Below, in pieces: positions 1-9,699 of a stretch of 64,000 nt of DNA (positions are counted from its first letter, which is position 1; the number at the start of each line of letters is the position of its first letter). Below the pieces are notes generated by a model. That model saw only the letters and a list, made by a program, of their open reading frames with translations. It searched no databases and was not told where the DNA came from. This stretch comes from Bacteroidota bacterium (GTDB lineage: Bacteria > Bacteroidota > Bacteroidia > Bacteroidales > JAAUTT01): positions 7,614 to 71,613 of the forward strand of contig JAIFLU010000027.1 of assembly GCA_020048915.1 (NCBI GenBank). Direction: 5' to 3'. A program made the position numbers and the translations under genes.

Positions 1-1770
1 TTCTTCTGTAAGGCCGGCAAACATTGAGAGATAGTCATTTGGATTCCCAACCTGCTGATAGGTTCCGGTGAGGTTTTGGGCTTCCATATTTCGCTGGTAT
101 TGATTAATACTCTGCCATTCTGCACCAAAAGTAGCTCCAACGGTGTGCTTTTTTGCAAATACCTTGTTATAGGATCCGTATGCATTATAATTGAAACTTT
201 TTCGGGTAGCGGCACGGTCGGAAGCATATGAACCGAGTTCACGCAGGTAAGAATTTACCCAAAATACACTGTTGTTTTGAATAAAATCCATCGACCCTTC
301 GGTTCTGATTTTTAATCCATCAATAAACGGAAGGGAATATTCAATATACATAGTTCCCATGCCTCGGTATTGTTCAACTTCATCCAAATGATTATCCGAA
401 TCGATGCTGGCTACAAGGTTTGAACCAGCCATGGGATTCCAATAACCACTCGGATGATTATCGTTATAAATCGGAAACCACGGCAATGCAATACGGTTTG
501 CATTACCAAAACCAGCGCTTGCTCCTCCACTGTTATTTCCGGTAGCACCTCCAACTTGCTGCTGAACTCTTGTGTTTCGTGTTGTTGCAAAATTAAAACG
601 GGCACCAATTTTTAAATTTTTTACGGGAGTAAAGTCCAGGTTGGCCCTGGTACTAAATTTTTTGAAGAAGTTCTCCTTCAGGACACTTTTGGTGTCGTTA
701 TAATTCATCGAAATAAAGAAACTTCCTATATCGCCCCCTTTTGAGCTCGATGCATTTATGTTATTGTAGGAACCGGTTTGAAGTATTTCATCAAACCAGT
801 TTGTATTTATTAGCATTGCCTCTTCACGCGATAACTGGGCCAACGGATTATCTTTAAAAAATTTAATGATATCGAAAGGCTGAAATGGGGTAAGTCCTGA
901 ATTTGCCCTTGCCTGATCTACAAGCTTAAACCAATCGTTGGTACTAGTAAACCCTATTTTATCCGGGGTGGTAGAAAGATTCATGATTCCGGCGCTATAG
1001 TCAATAGAAGTAGTGCCTTTACCTTTTTTTCCGGATTTTGTGGTAACCAGGATAACTCCGTTAGATCCTCGGGAACCATAAATTGAGGTAGCTGCAGCAT
1101 CCTTGAGTATCTGAATGGACTCAATATCGTTAGGATTTATCATGGACATTGGGTCCTGACTTGATGAACCGATCGTTTTTTCCAAACCACTTCCTGAATA
1201 TACCGGCATACCATCAATTATCCATAGGGGCGAGGTATTTAAACTGATTGAGTTTTCTCCGCGAACTTTTATTTCTACCTGAGAACCAGGTACTCCACTT
1301 GAGTTAGACACCTGAACTCCTGCAGCCTTTCCCTGCATAGCGTTTGTCAGGGATGCAGCCGGCAGGGATACCAATTCGTCGCTGCTAATGGATGAAACCG
1401 ACCCAATTATATCCCTTTTCTTTTTTGAACCGTATCCAATCACGACCAACTCATCCAATTTTACAGCTTCCGGCTCCAATATTACATTTACGGGATCGGC
1501 CGTTTTAATAGCGTATTCTGCCGGTTTCATTCCCAAAAAACTGAAAAGTAATACTGATCCGGAGTGAACGGTTATTTTGTAATTTCCATCTGAATCGGTA
1601 ATTACCCCGTTATTAGTACCTTTTTCCATAACTGTTGCCCCTATAACAGGTTGTTTATCTTCACTGCTGATAACATTACCTGTAACCATAAAATTCTGAG
1701 CATCCATTTTTCCGGATAGTAAAAACAAGGTTCCGATAAATAGGATTATTGTCAGGACTCTTTTCATCAT
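1..1770 (-). CDS. SusC/RagA-family TonB-dependent outer-membrane receptor, N-terminal 590 codons (3' end lies outside the window)
   Basis: Absent from the ORF track because it is truncated. Hand translation of the reverse strand from the ATG at 1770 gives MMKRVLTIILFIGTLFLLSGKMDAQNFMVTGNVISSEDKQPVIGATVMEKGTNNGVITDSDGNYKITV (signal peptide plus carboxypeptidase-regulatory-like domain), DELVVIGYGSKKKRD (TonB-box region) and IESIQILKDAAATSIYGSRGSNGVILVTTKSGKKG (plug). The frame is open to position 1. Confidence 0.9.
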   Translation of the reverse strand, partial: MMKRVLTIILFIGTLFLLSGKMDAQNFMVTGNVISSEDKQPVIGATVMEKGTNNGVITDSDGNYKITVHSGSVLLFSFLGMKPAEYAIKTADPVNVILEPEAVKLDELVVIGYGSKKKRDIIGSVSSISSDELVSLPAASLTNAMQGKAAGVQVSNSSGVPGSQVEIKVRGENSISLNTSPLWIIDGMPVYSGSGLEKTIGSSSQDPMSMINPNDIESIQILKDAAATSIYGSRGSNGVILVTTKSGKKGKGTTSIDYSAGIMNLSTTPDKIGFTSTNDWFKLVDQARANSGLTPFQPFDIIKFFKDNPLAQLSREEAMLINTNWFDEILQTGSYNNINASSSKGGDIGSFFISMNYNDTKSVLKENFFKKFSTRANLDFTPVKNLKIGARFNFATTRNTRVQQQVGGATGNNSGGASAGFGNANRIALPWFPIYNDNHPSGYWNPMAGSNLVASIDSDNHLDEVEQYRGMGTMYIEYSLPFIDGLKIRTEGSMDFIQNNSVFWVNSYLRELGSYASDRAATRKSFNYNAYGSYNKVFAKKHTVGATFGAEWQSINQYQRNMEAQNLTGTYQQVGNPNDYLSMFAGLTEE

Positions 1771-2502
1771 ATTTCTATTTTAAAGATTTTGGAATGATGT
1801 AACCTTCATATTCATAACAAATACTGCACAGAGCTTATTCATTAGGATACTACACGATTTCATTTAGTTAGTTTTTAGTTTTTGTATGTTGATATTCATG
1901 CAGTAAAATGCACGAAACAAATATACCTTCCATCTATTCAAGCCATGTGTAAAACCGTCCCATTTAAGTAGCGCAATTGTCCCACATTCGTATTCTCTCT
2001 TATTTGAATTATTCTTTTTATGAGTCTACTCCTGAAAGCCAAAAAATCTATGATTTTCTGCTCTTTTTCTCCTAACTCCTTCAAAGAACCATCTGAAAAT
2101 CATTTATTTTTTAATGAGGCTGAGTGAAAAGCCCGTTAATTATCGTATTTCATACTTCGATCCGCTATCAATGTGACAATAAGGTGACTTTTACTAATCA
2201 GAAAGAACTAATTAAAAGTATTATCCTGCTTCTTACAGAATCTCTCAAGAGGTAAAAGACTTTTCAGGGTAGGCTATTTTATGAATGTTTTATAATTCTA
2301 ATTTTTATAGCATGGCGAAAGTCGTTTGGGATATTTATCGGGGTCAATTGAAACGAAAATACACATCGAGGGGTGGGCTTTCATTTACCTTTGAAAATGG
2401 AGAATAGCCTTTTGGGGTTTTGATTTATCGGCCTTTTAAACTATTTCAGCAACGTATCTTTTACATCATAAGTTAATTATCAACCTAACTAAATTACATT
2501 CT

Positions 2503-5500
2503 ATGAGAAAACTTTACTGTTTATTTCGATTTTGGTGGATTCCTGGTATGCTGATGCTTTTCAGCTTACCAGGAAAAGCACAGACCATTTCACGCTATTC
2601 GATTGATGATGCAATCGTAAATCAGGCATATCCTGATTCTGTGATTGATCAATCAAAATTGGGCGGGAACTTAAAAATCTACCGGTTCAGAGATGCCGGA
2701 GGATTAAAAGAAGTTTATTCGTACGTAAAATTCGACATCAGCGCTTTAAATGGATTCATGGTAGAATCGGCTGTATTGAGTTACAGAGGCAAAACCGGCG
2801 ATGCTAATTTCAACGACCTGTTTAAAATGGGGGTGTACGCTGTAAATTCTGATTGGAAAGGAGACACCTTAAAATACAAGACTAAGCCCTCGCTTGGCGG
2901 TTCCAGGCTCGATACTACTTTTTTAAATGCCAACTCAGCACGGAAAGATTTCCTGAAAAATGGTACCGGACTAATTGATTATATTAATGAAGAAATACGA
3001 AAAGGGAAGAGTTCCATTAGTTTTGCCATTAAGTCGTTTGGCAAGGATACTACCGATAATATGTGGATTGGTGGCACAACAAATGGCAATTATGGCCCAA
3101 TTCTAAATTGTGTTATTACACCCTTAAAAGGGAAATATGTTATTGATGATGCAGTTGTAATGGAAGCCTATCCTGATTCTGTTATTGATCAATCAAAACT
3201 TGGCGGTAACCTCAAAGTTTTTCGCAAACGAGATGGTGGAGCTACCTATTACCGAACAAATTCTTATATTAAATTCGATATCAGCGATCTTGCAGGAACA
3301 CAGTTAGAATCAGCAACCATTAGCTATCGTGGAAAAACCGGTGATGCCAATTATAATGATGTTTTTAAACTGGCATTATACTCCGTTTCCCAAGAGTGGA
3401 AAGGAGATACAGTTAGATGGAAATTTAAACCATCTGCCGGATCAACAAAGCTGGATACATCTTTCCTAAATGCCAATTCGGCCAGGAAAACTTTCCTGAA
3501 AAACGGTACAGGACTTGTTGATTTTATAAATGAAGAGATAAGGAAGGGAAGCAAAACTATAAGTTTTGCCATGCAATCCTTTGGTAAAGACTCCACTGAT
3601 AATATGTGGATTGGGGGCTTGGCAAACGGAAACTACGGTCCGGTACTTGATTTTACTGTTACTGCCAATAAAAGCAAATATACTATTGACGATGCTATTG
3701 TTATGCAGGCATATCCTGACTCCATAATTGACCAATCGAAACTAGGGGGGAATATCAAAGTTTTCCGTGAAAGAAATGCCGGAGGTACTATAGATGAAAC
3801 CTATTCGTATCTGAAATTTGATGTTTCCGAATTACAAGGGGTTCAGGTCGAAAGCGCCAGCCTTAGCTATCGCGGAAAAACCGGAGATGCGAATTTCAAC
3901 GACCTATTTAAACTTGGCTTATATACTGTAACACAAGATTGGAAAGGAGATACCGTAAAATACAAAACAAGACCATCAGTTGGAGGCAGTAGAATGGATA
4001 CCTCTTTCCTGAATGCGTCCTCAGCAAGAAGGGAATTTCTGAAAAACGGAACAACACTGGTAACTTATATAAACGAAGAAATCCGCAAGGGAAGCAAGAG
4101 TATCAGCTTTGCTTTAAAATCGTTCGGGAAAGATACTACCGATAACATGTGGATCGGGGGAACCGCCAATGGCAATTATGGCCCGATTCTGAACCTCACA
4201 TTATCATCAGCAAACAGCAATTATTGCGTTGACGATGCCGTGGTAATGCAAGCTTATCCTGACTCAATAATTGATCAGGGCAAGTTAGGCGGAAACCTGA
4301 AAATATATAAAAAGAGGAATGCAAGTGGTATTATGGAGCAAACATACTCGTATGTAAAGTTTGATATTAGTGGTCTCAACAACCAACAGATTGAGAGTGC
4401 CAAAGTGAGTTTCCGTGGGAAAACGGGAGATGCCAATTTTAACGATTTATTTAAGCTTGGCCTTTATTCGGTAACTCAGGATTGGAAAGGCGATACTGTA
4501 AAATGGAAAACGAAACCATCGACAAATGCAACTAGAATGGATACTTCTCTCCTTAATAGTAATTCTGCCCGAAAAGATTTTCTTACAAACGGCACAAAAT
4601 TGGCTGATTTTATAAATGAGGAGGTTCGAAAAGGAAGCAAGACCATTGGACTAGCTATGATGTCATTTGGTAAAGACAGTACCGATAATATGTGGATTGG
4701 TGGGTTAGCTAACAGCAATTATGGTCCTATGCTCAATCTGAGTTATCAAACTGTTTATGGAAGTATACCTCCTGCACCGGTTGTTTTAAACCCCAATGGA
4801 GGAAGTTTCATTACAAATGTTAAGGTAATGCTGGTAAATAAACCAGCCAAAGACTCCGTATTTTACACCATTGGAAAGGGGGCAGTTGCAGACCCAACCA
4901 GAAACTCAACCATTTTCCCGGAAGCAGGTCTTGTTTTCACGGATACAACTACATTAAAGGTAATAGCATCACGCGATGGAGTATATGGTAATGTTGTTTC
5001 GGCAACATATTTTATCAGACCAGTTGCATCGCCTGTTTTTAATCCTTCTCCTGCTGTTAAATATCAGAAAAAGGTTCAGGTAACAATTGCTACTACTCCT
5101 GCAGATGCGGTTATATATTATTCAAAAGACGGGAGTGACCCAAGTGAGCCTTATACCCAGGCTATTCAGTTAACACAAACAACCACTTTGAAGACAAAGG
5201 CTTTCAGTGCCGATTTCAAATATGTGACTCCTATAGTGGAGGCAACCTATCAGATTGTCAGTACCGAGGATCTTCCGGGAACTGGCCCTGCAGGTGTTGG
5301 GTATAAAAATCTTACCCGTGACAATCAGCCCGAAGTTGGCTTATGGCTAAAACCCGAAGCTTTTGCAGGAAATGCCGATGGTAGTGAAGTGAAATTATGG
5401 AATGATATGTCGGGTAATGCCAATAATGCAGTGAATACATATTCCGGAACCCCTGAGGCACTTGTGAATACAGGAGAAAAAACCAAACCAGCTCCCTTAT

Positions 5501-6795
5501 ATGTAGCGAACGGGCTCAATGGATTCCCGGTATTGAATTTTGGACTTCAGTCGGGCGAAGGCAATACAAAGGCACTTACCATCCCCGATGCAGATAATCT
5601 GGATGGAGGCCCGGGTATATCAATATTCCTGGTAGTAAAAAGGAATGAAATGCTTGCCGATTTTGCGGCTTTAATTCAAAAGAGGGATATTACTGGTGGT
5701 GACGCTGCGAAACAAGCATGGGACCTCGAAATGGATGCAGGTTCAAATCCAAACAAATTCCAATTTGTCGTAGCCCGAGATTTATTTCTTAAAAATGCAC
5801 AGGTAATCAATACCGATAAATATTATATTGTCAATGTAAACCACCAGGGGGCTTTGCAAACTGCATCCTTTATCACCGATGGGAATATCGAAAGTACCAA
5901 TTTCTATAACAAGCCTATCCAAGCTACCAATGCAACGTTAATCCTCGGGGGATTCCAGCCAATGAGTTTAGCAGAAGCTATTCTTATTAATTCGGATATG
6001 AATATGGCACAGATTAAACTTGTTACTAATTGTTTGGCCGTAAAATACAATCTCACGCTCACAGCCGGCAATGTTATTAACGAGTTCCCGTTCAAAAACG
6101 ATTTAATTGGAATAGGAAAGGATAAAAATATAACTAATACTGCCGATGATACTCACCTGTTTAGCTCAGGAGGCGGCATTGAACTTAAAGCTGCTGCTAT
6201 ATCGGATGTAGGAGATTATGTTTTTGCCGGTCACGATGGGAAAGCCATTACTGAAAATGCAACATCAAAGCAATGGAACCGGTCATATTATCTCAAAAAC
6301 ATTGGAGAAGTTACTAATATATCCCTAGGTTTTGATTATGGAAAAGCAGGCCTTACAACTATACCAGACAATACTTATAAGCTACTTTATAGGTCTGCCG
6401 AAAGTAGTTCCTGGACTGATCTGGCCCTCACCCCAACTTATGATGCAGGTCGGAAAGTATTAACTTTTGCACTTTCTTCCTTTCAAAACGGATACTATAC
6501 CGTATCGAAATTAATGAGTACAAGCGTAAAAAGCTTCTCGAAAGTAGCTGAATTCTCGGTTTATCCAAACCCAGCCCAAAATAAGCTTGTTGTTAATTTT
6601 AAATCGGATTATAAAGGTAAACTGTTGTACCATATTGTTGATTTACAAGGAAGGACACTTGTAAGTTCCAGCATTGAAAAAGGAGCTGAAGCAATAAGCG
6701 AAACAGTTAACATTGACCAGCTTGCTACCGGAACCTATATGCTTGAGGTTATTCAAGGTTCAGATAAGGAAGTGAAAATGTTTATGAAGAATTAA
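2503..6795 (+). CDS. Giant T9SS-secreted multidomain protein: signal peptide, 4 tandem CBM96/DNRLRE-like repeats, 2 chitobiase/hexosaminidase-C-like modules, LamG/concanavalin-like domain, T9SS C-terminal sorting domain
   Basis: N-terminus has a signal peptide (LFSLPGKAQT). The four repeats each carry IDDA[IV]V.[EQ]AYPDS.IDQ.KLGGN..., [SY]Y.KFD[IV]S, ESA.[LIV]S[YF]RGKTGDAN[FY]ND, W KGDTV.[YW]K and DNMWIGG..NGNYGP. VFYTIG...TTLKVIASRDG and VIYYSKDGSDPS...TTLKTKAFS resemble CHB_HEX_C. LWLKPEAF...VKLWNDMSGNANNA resembles LamG_3. The C-terminus FSVYPNPAQNKLVVNF...GTYMLEVIQG is a typical T9SS CTD. Confidence 0.85.
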   Translation: MRKLYCLFRFWWIPGMLMLFSLPGKAQTISRYSIDDAIVNQAYPDSVIDQSKLGGNLKIYRFRDAGGLKEVYSYVKFDISALNGFMVESAVLSYRGKTGDANFNDLFKMGVYAVNSDWKGDTLKYKTKPSLGGSRLDTTFLNANSARKDFLKNGTGLIDYINEEIRKGKSSISFAIKSFGKDTTDNMWIGGTTNGNYGPILNCVITPLKGKYVIDDAVVMEAYPDSVIDQSKLGGNLKVFRKRDGGATYYRTNSYIKFDISDLAGTQLESATISYRGKTGDANYNDVFKLALYSVSQEWKGDTVRWKFKPSAGSTKLDTSFLNANSARKTFLKNGTGLVDFINEEIRKGSKTISFAMQSFGKDSTDNMWIGGLANGNYGPVLDFTVTANKSKYTIDDAIVMQAYPDSIIDQSKLGGNIKVFRERNAGGTIDETYSYLKFDVSELQGVQVESASLSYRGKTGDANFNDLFKLGLYTVTQDWKGDTVKYKTRPSVGGSRMDTSFLNASSARREFLKNGTTLVTYINEEIRKGSKSISFALKSFGKDTTDNMWIGGTANGNYGPILNLTLSSANSNYCVDDAVVMQAYPDSIIDQGKLGGNLKIYKKRNASGIMEQTYSYVKFDISGLNNQQIESAKVSFRGKTGDANFNDLFKLGLYSVTQDWKGDTVKWKTKPSTNATRMDTSLLNSNSARKDFLTNGTKLADFINEEVRKGSKTIGLAMMSFGKDSTDNMWIGGLANSNYGPMLNLSYQTVYGSIPPAPVVLNPNGGSFITNVKVMLVNKPAKDSVFYTIGKGAVADPTRNSTIFPEAGLVFTDTTTLKVIASRDGVYGNVVSATYFIRPVASPVFNPSPAVKYQKKVQVTIATTPADAVIYYSKDGSDPSEPYTQAIQLTQTTTLKTKAFSADFKYVTPIVEATYQIVSTEDLPGTGPAGVGYKNLTRDNQPEVGLWLKPEAFAGNADGSEVKLWNDMSGNANNAVNTYSGTPEALVNTGEKTKPAPLYVANGLNGFPVLNFGLQSGEGNTKALTIPDADNLDGGPGISIFLVVKRNEMLADFAALIQKRDITGGDAAKQAWDLEMDAGSNPNKFQFVVARDLFLKNAQVINTDKYYIVNVNHQGALQTASFITDGNIESTNFYNKPIQATNATLILGGFQPMSLAEAILINSDMNMAQIKLVTNCLAVKYNLTLTAGNVINEFPFKNDLIGIGKDKNITNTADDTHLFSSGGGIELKAAAISDVGDYVFAGHDGKAITENATSKQWNRSYYLKNIGEVTNISLGFDYGKAGLTTIPDNTYKLLYRSAESSSWTDLALTPTYDAGRKVLTFALSSFQNGYYTVSKLMSTSVKSFSKVAEFSVYPNPAQNKLVVNFKSDYKGKLLYHIVDLQGRTLVSSSIEKGAEAISETVNIDQLATGTYMLEVIQGSDKEVKMFMKN
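2590..4750 (+). repeat. Four in-frame tandem repeats, period 540-543 nt (180-181 aa), inside the 2503-6795 CDS
   Basis: The [IV]DDA codons recur at 2602, 3142, 3685 and 4228. The copies align along their whole length at protein level and are clearly similar at nucleotide level. Confidence 0.9.
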
Positions 6796-6812
6796 AATAT
6801 GAGCTTATTATT

Positions 6813-6846
6813 AAAGAGCCGGCTGGAAAGCCGGCTCTTTTTCCTT
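6813..6846 (+). terminator. Rho-independent terminator after the T9SS protein gene
   Basis: Perfect 12-bp stem AAAGAGCCGGCT / AGCCGGCTCTTT with loop GGAA, followed by a T-rich tail (TTCCTT). Confidence 0.8.
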
Positions 6847-6879
6847 AAAATTTAATTTCAAATTTATAGGGTGCCCTAG

Positions 6880-7722
6880 ATGCCTCAAATTTCAGCTATC
6901 ATAATTACGTACAACGAAGAAAAAAACATCGAACGGTGCATTCGTTCGTTGGAAGGTATTGCAGATGAAATTATAGTTGTCGATTCGTATTCAATTGATC
7001 AGACTATAAATATAGCCTCCGGATTGGGGGCTATTATATATCAGAATGATTTCGCAGGTTATATAGAACAGAAAAACTTTGCGCTTACAAAATCTTCCTT
7101 TCCGCATGTCCTCTCGCTTGATGCAGATGAGGAACTCTCGGAACAGCTCAGGCAATCTGTTTTAAAAGTTAAGGGTGATTGGTGCCACGATGCTTATTAT
7201 TTTAACAGGTTGTCTAATTATTGCGGTACATGGATAAAACATGGAAGCTGGTATCCTTCCCGGAAGCTTCGGTTATGGGATAAAAGAAAAGGAACCTGGG
7301 GAGGAGTTAATCCCCACGACATAGTTATCATGCAGAAAGGTGTTTCTAAAAAATTCCTGAAAGGGGATCTTAAGCACTATCCTTATTATACAAAAGCTGA
7401 ATTTATTAGGCAAATATATTCTTTCTCCGAAATTTTTGCCAATTCACATTTTGTTAATGGAACAAAAACAACTATTATTTGGCTCATTATAAAACCAATT
7501 TGGCGCTTTTTTCGCGACTATCTTCTAAAATTGGGATTTCTGGATGGAAAGAAAGGACTAACAATTTGCATTTTATCATCCTTCGAGACATTTTTAAAAT
7601 ACCGAAAATTATTCCTGCTTTATAAAACCAGGAAAAATTTCAATCACCAGGGTAATCAACATTTCGATTTTAATACAGTGGAATTATATTGTCAGGTCGA
7701 AAACCGAAAGATCAAGTTTTAA
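6880..7722 (+). CDS. Family 2 glycosyltransferase
   Basis: ISAIIITYNEEKNIERCIRSLEGIADEIIVVDSYSIDQT is a GT-A Rossmann start. LSLDADEEL is a DxD-type motif. Confidence 0.8.
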   Translation: MPQISAIIITYNEEKNIERCIRSLEGIADEIIVVDSYSIDQTINIASGLGAIIYQNDFAGYIEQKNFALTKSSFPHVLSLDADEELSEQLRQSVLKVKGDWCHDAYYFNRLSNYCGTWIKHGSWYPSRKLRLWDKRKGTWGGVNPHDIVIMQKGVSKKFLKGDLKHYPYYTKAEFIRQIYSFSEIFANSHFVNGTKTTIIWLIIKPIWRFFRDYLLKLGFLDGKKGLTICILSSFETFLKYRKLFLLYKTRKNFNHQGNQHFDFNTVELYCQVENRKIKF

Positions 7723-7872
7723 AGCTGCAAATCAGTAGCACGAGTATATGCGATATTTTTTACAAAACTTTCTGGGTTATTGATCGCAAAAAATATAGCC
7801 ATATATTCCTCTTTTCATTCTAAACAAAATAGTATCATAGATATTTGCAATTATATGCTTATGAGCAAATAA

Positions 7873-9690
7873 TTATTTTTTCGCAATCATTTTTTGCATC
7901 TCAATTCCGGCAAATATTACAGCAAATAATCCATGAGTATCGTTATCGTAAAATGGTCTGTTTAGATAATAATTTATATCTTCGGAGCACATGGTACCAT
8001 AGCAAATATTATGGACAGTGCCATCAGGCTCAATCTGTGTTTTCAAAGCTTCCCATCCTTTCAATGCAAAAATTTTATATTTTTTCTCATTCAGCCAACC
8101 ATTGCTAATACCTCTGGCAATAGCCATCGTAAAGATTGCAGTTCCCGATACTTCTTCGCGCGAATCGGGTCGGTCCAAAATCTGGAGCCAAAATCCTTTG
8201 TTGTTCTGTAGCGCAATTAAGGCGTCTACATGTTCCCGGTAGTGCGCCAAAATGGGATTGTATTTGGGGTGATTTTTGGGCAGTACCTGCAATACTTCAG
8301 TAGTTGCCCAAATTCCCCAACCATTTGCGCGCGACCAATGGGGAAGTTTAACTTCTCTTTCGGAATATTTGGCATGCATGTATAATTTTGCCTCTTTATC
8401 CCAAACCTGGTCGTTGAATTTCAGAACCTGATTTGCGGCATCATCCATAAAAAACTTATTATCATTCAAATTACTGGTGTATTGTGAAGCCTGAACCAGG
8501 AAAGGTATTCCCATAAACATATCATCTACCCAGGTGGTGTATTTTTCGGGGGTAAGGCGGGTATATATATTGGATGCAGGTAAACGTATCTGTTCCTCTT
8601 TTGCATACTTCATCATCCGGTCGATGTATTCGGAATAGGCATTCTTCCCATCGAACGTATCATTTGTTCGGAGTTTATAAATAAACGGCAGGGCAGGAGC
8701 TAACGTAAAATCGAGTAATGGTGCAAACAGAAAATTACTATTGGCTGAATTTACGTTACGCAAGTTTTTTACCTGATAATTAACAAATGGAGCGCCATTG
8801 ATATGGAAATTGCAAAAGTCGGTAGCATATTGATCGTATTTTTTATCTCCTGTAACCTCTGCCAGCTGCTGCATTGCCCATGCTACCCCTCCATTATGGT
8901 AATTCCATGTATAATTGGTTCCCCAGGGCAAGGGTTCAATTACATCTCCAAATATTTCCACCTTGGGGATTGTCCAGGTAACCAAAGATTCTGCACCTTC
9001 ATACATTTTCCCAAAAAGTATCTCTTTTTCAGGAGCATATAAAATATCCATTCCTTTACCATCGCGATTAGCAAAAGGACCAATTATAAGCCAATTACTT
9101 AAAGTAGCAATTTTGGCATCAATAAATTTAACTCCTTTAAGCCCTATTGCTGGATATTCGATGGCATCTTTAATGACTGCCCCCTTCAGGCTTGGGGGCT
9201 GAAGATATACAGCCCAATCATTGCCATAGGTTTCCGATTTAATTAACAGGTTATTTTCTCCTTTCTTCAAATGGGCTATAAAGTGGTCAGGCATATCAAC
9301 ACTTCGTTCTTCAAATTGAAGTTCCAGTTTTTTCTTTCCTCGTTTTTCGTAAACTAATTCCTCATTGATCCAAATATCGCATCCATCGTTATGCGCTGTT
9401 TGGATAGTGATAGTTGTATCCTTGCCCATTGTTAATTGAGTAAAGGCATAAGCTACTCCGGATTTACCGATGCCAAAGGTTCGGCCAAAATCCACAAAAT
9501 GAAGTCCGTTAAATACCGGATTGTATTCGCCAACAATTAACCGATATTTGAATGGTGTTTCGCGTATTAGTTTATCTCCAATAAGCCTCACAACATCCAG
9601 CGGATTCCTCATATCAGAAACATTCTTTTGTGCTGATAATTGTAAAACAGCTAATAATAATCCAACTAAACAAAAATAGATCTTATTCAT
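7873..9690 (-). CDS. Glycosyl hydrolase family 88/105-type unsaturated uronyl hydrolase with an extra ~230-aa N-terminal domain
   Basis: Signal peptide MNKIYFCLVGLLLAVLQLSAQ. TTWVDDMFMGIPFLVQA and HWSRANGWGIWATTEVL are motifs typical of the Glyco_hydro_88 (GH88/GH105) fold. Confidence 0.7.
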   Translation of the reverse strand: MNKIYFCLVGLLLAVLQLSAQKNVSDMRNPLDVVRLIGDKLIRETPFKYRLIVGEYNPVFNGLHFVDFGRTFGIGKSGVAYAFTQLTMGKDTTITIQTAHNDGCDIWINEELVYEKRGKKKLELQFEERSVDMPDHFIAHLKKGENNLLIKSETYGNDWAVYLQPPSLKGAVIKDAIEYPAIGLKGVKFIDAKIATLSNWLIIGPFANRDGKGMDILYAPEKEILFGKMYEGAESLVTWTIPKVEIFGDVIEPLPWGTNYTWNYHNGGVAWAMQQLAEVTGDKKYDQYATDFCNFHINGAPFVNYQVKNLRNVNSANSNFLFAPLLDFTLAPALPFIYKLRTNDTFDGKNAYSEYIDRMMKYAKEEQIRLPASNIYTRLTPEKYTTWVDDMFMGIPFLVQASQYTSNLNDNKFFMDDAANQVLKFNDQVWDKEAKLYMHAKYSEREVKLPHWSRANGWGIWATTEVLQVLPKNHPKYNPILAHYREHVDALIALQNNKGFWLQILDRPDSREEVSGTAIFTMAIARGISNGWLNEKKYKIFALKGWEALKTQIEPDGTVHNICYGTMCSEDINYYLNRPFYDNDTHGLFAVIFAGIEMQKMIAKK

Positions 9691-9699
9691 CTTTCTTTT

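Noticed and set aside
411-608. 65-aa minus-strand ORF from the track
   Set aside because: It is in the wrong frame within the truncated SusC-like gene that spans 1-1770.
2590-4750. Regular ~540-nt repeats considered as a possible CRISPR array or mobile repeat array
   Set aside because: The repeats are in frame, have no spacer structure and encode homologous protein domains of one long CDS.
7845-8242. Plus-strand ORFs overlapping the 3' end of the GH88/105 gene
   Set aside because: They overlap a well-supported minus-strand gene and have no motifs.
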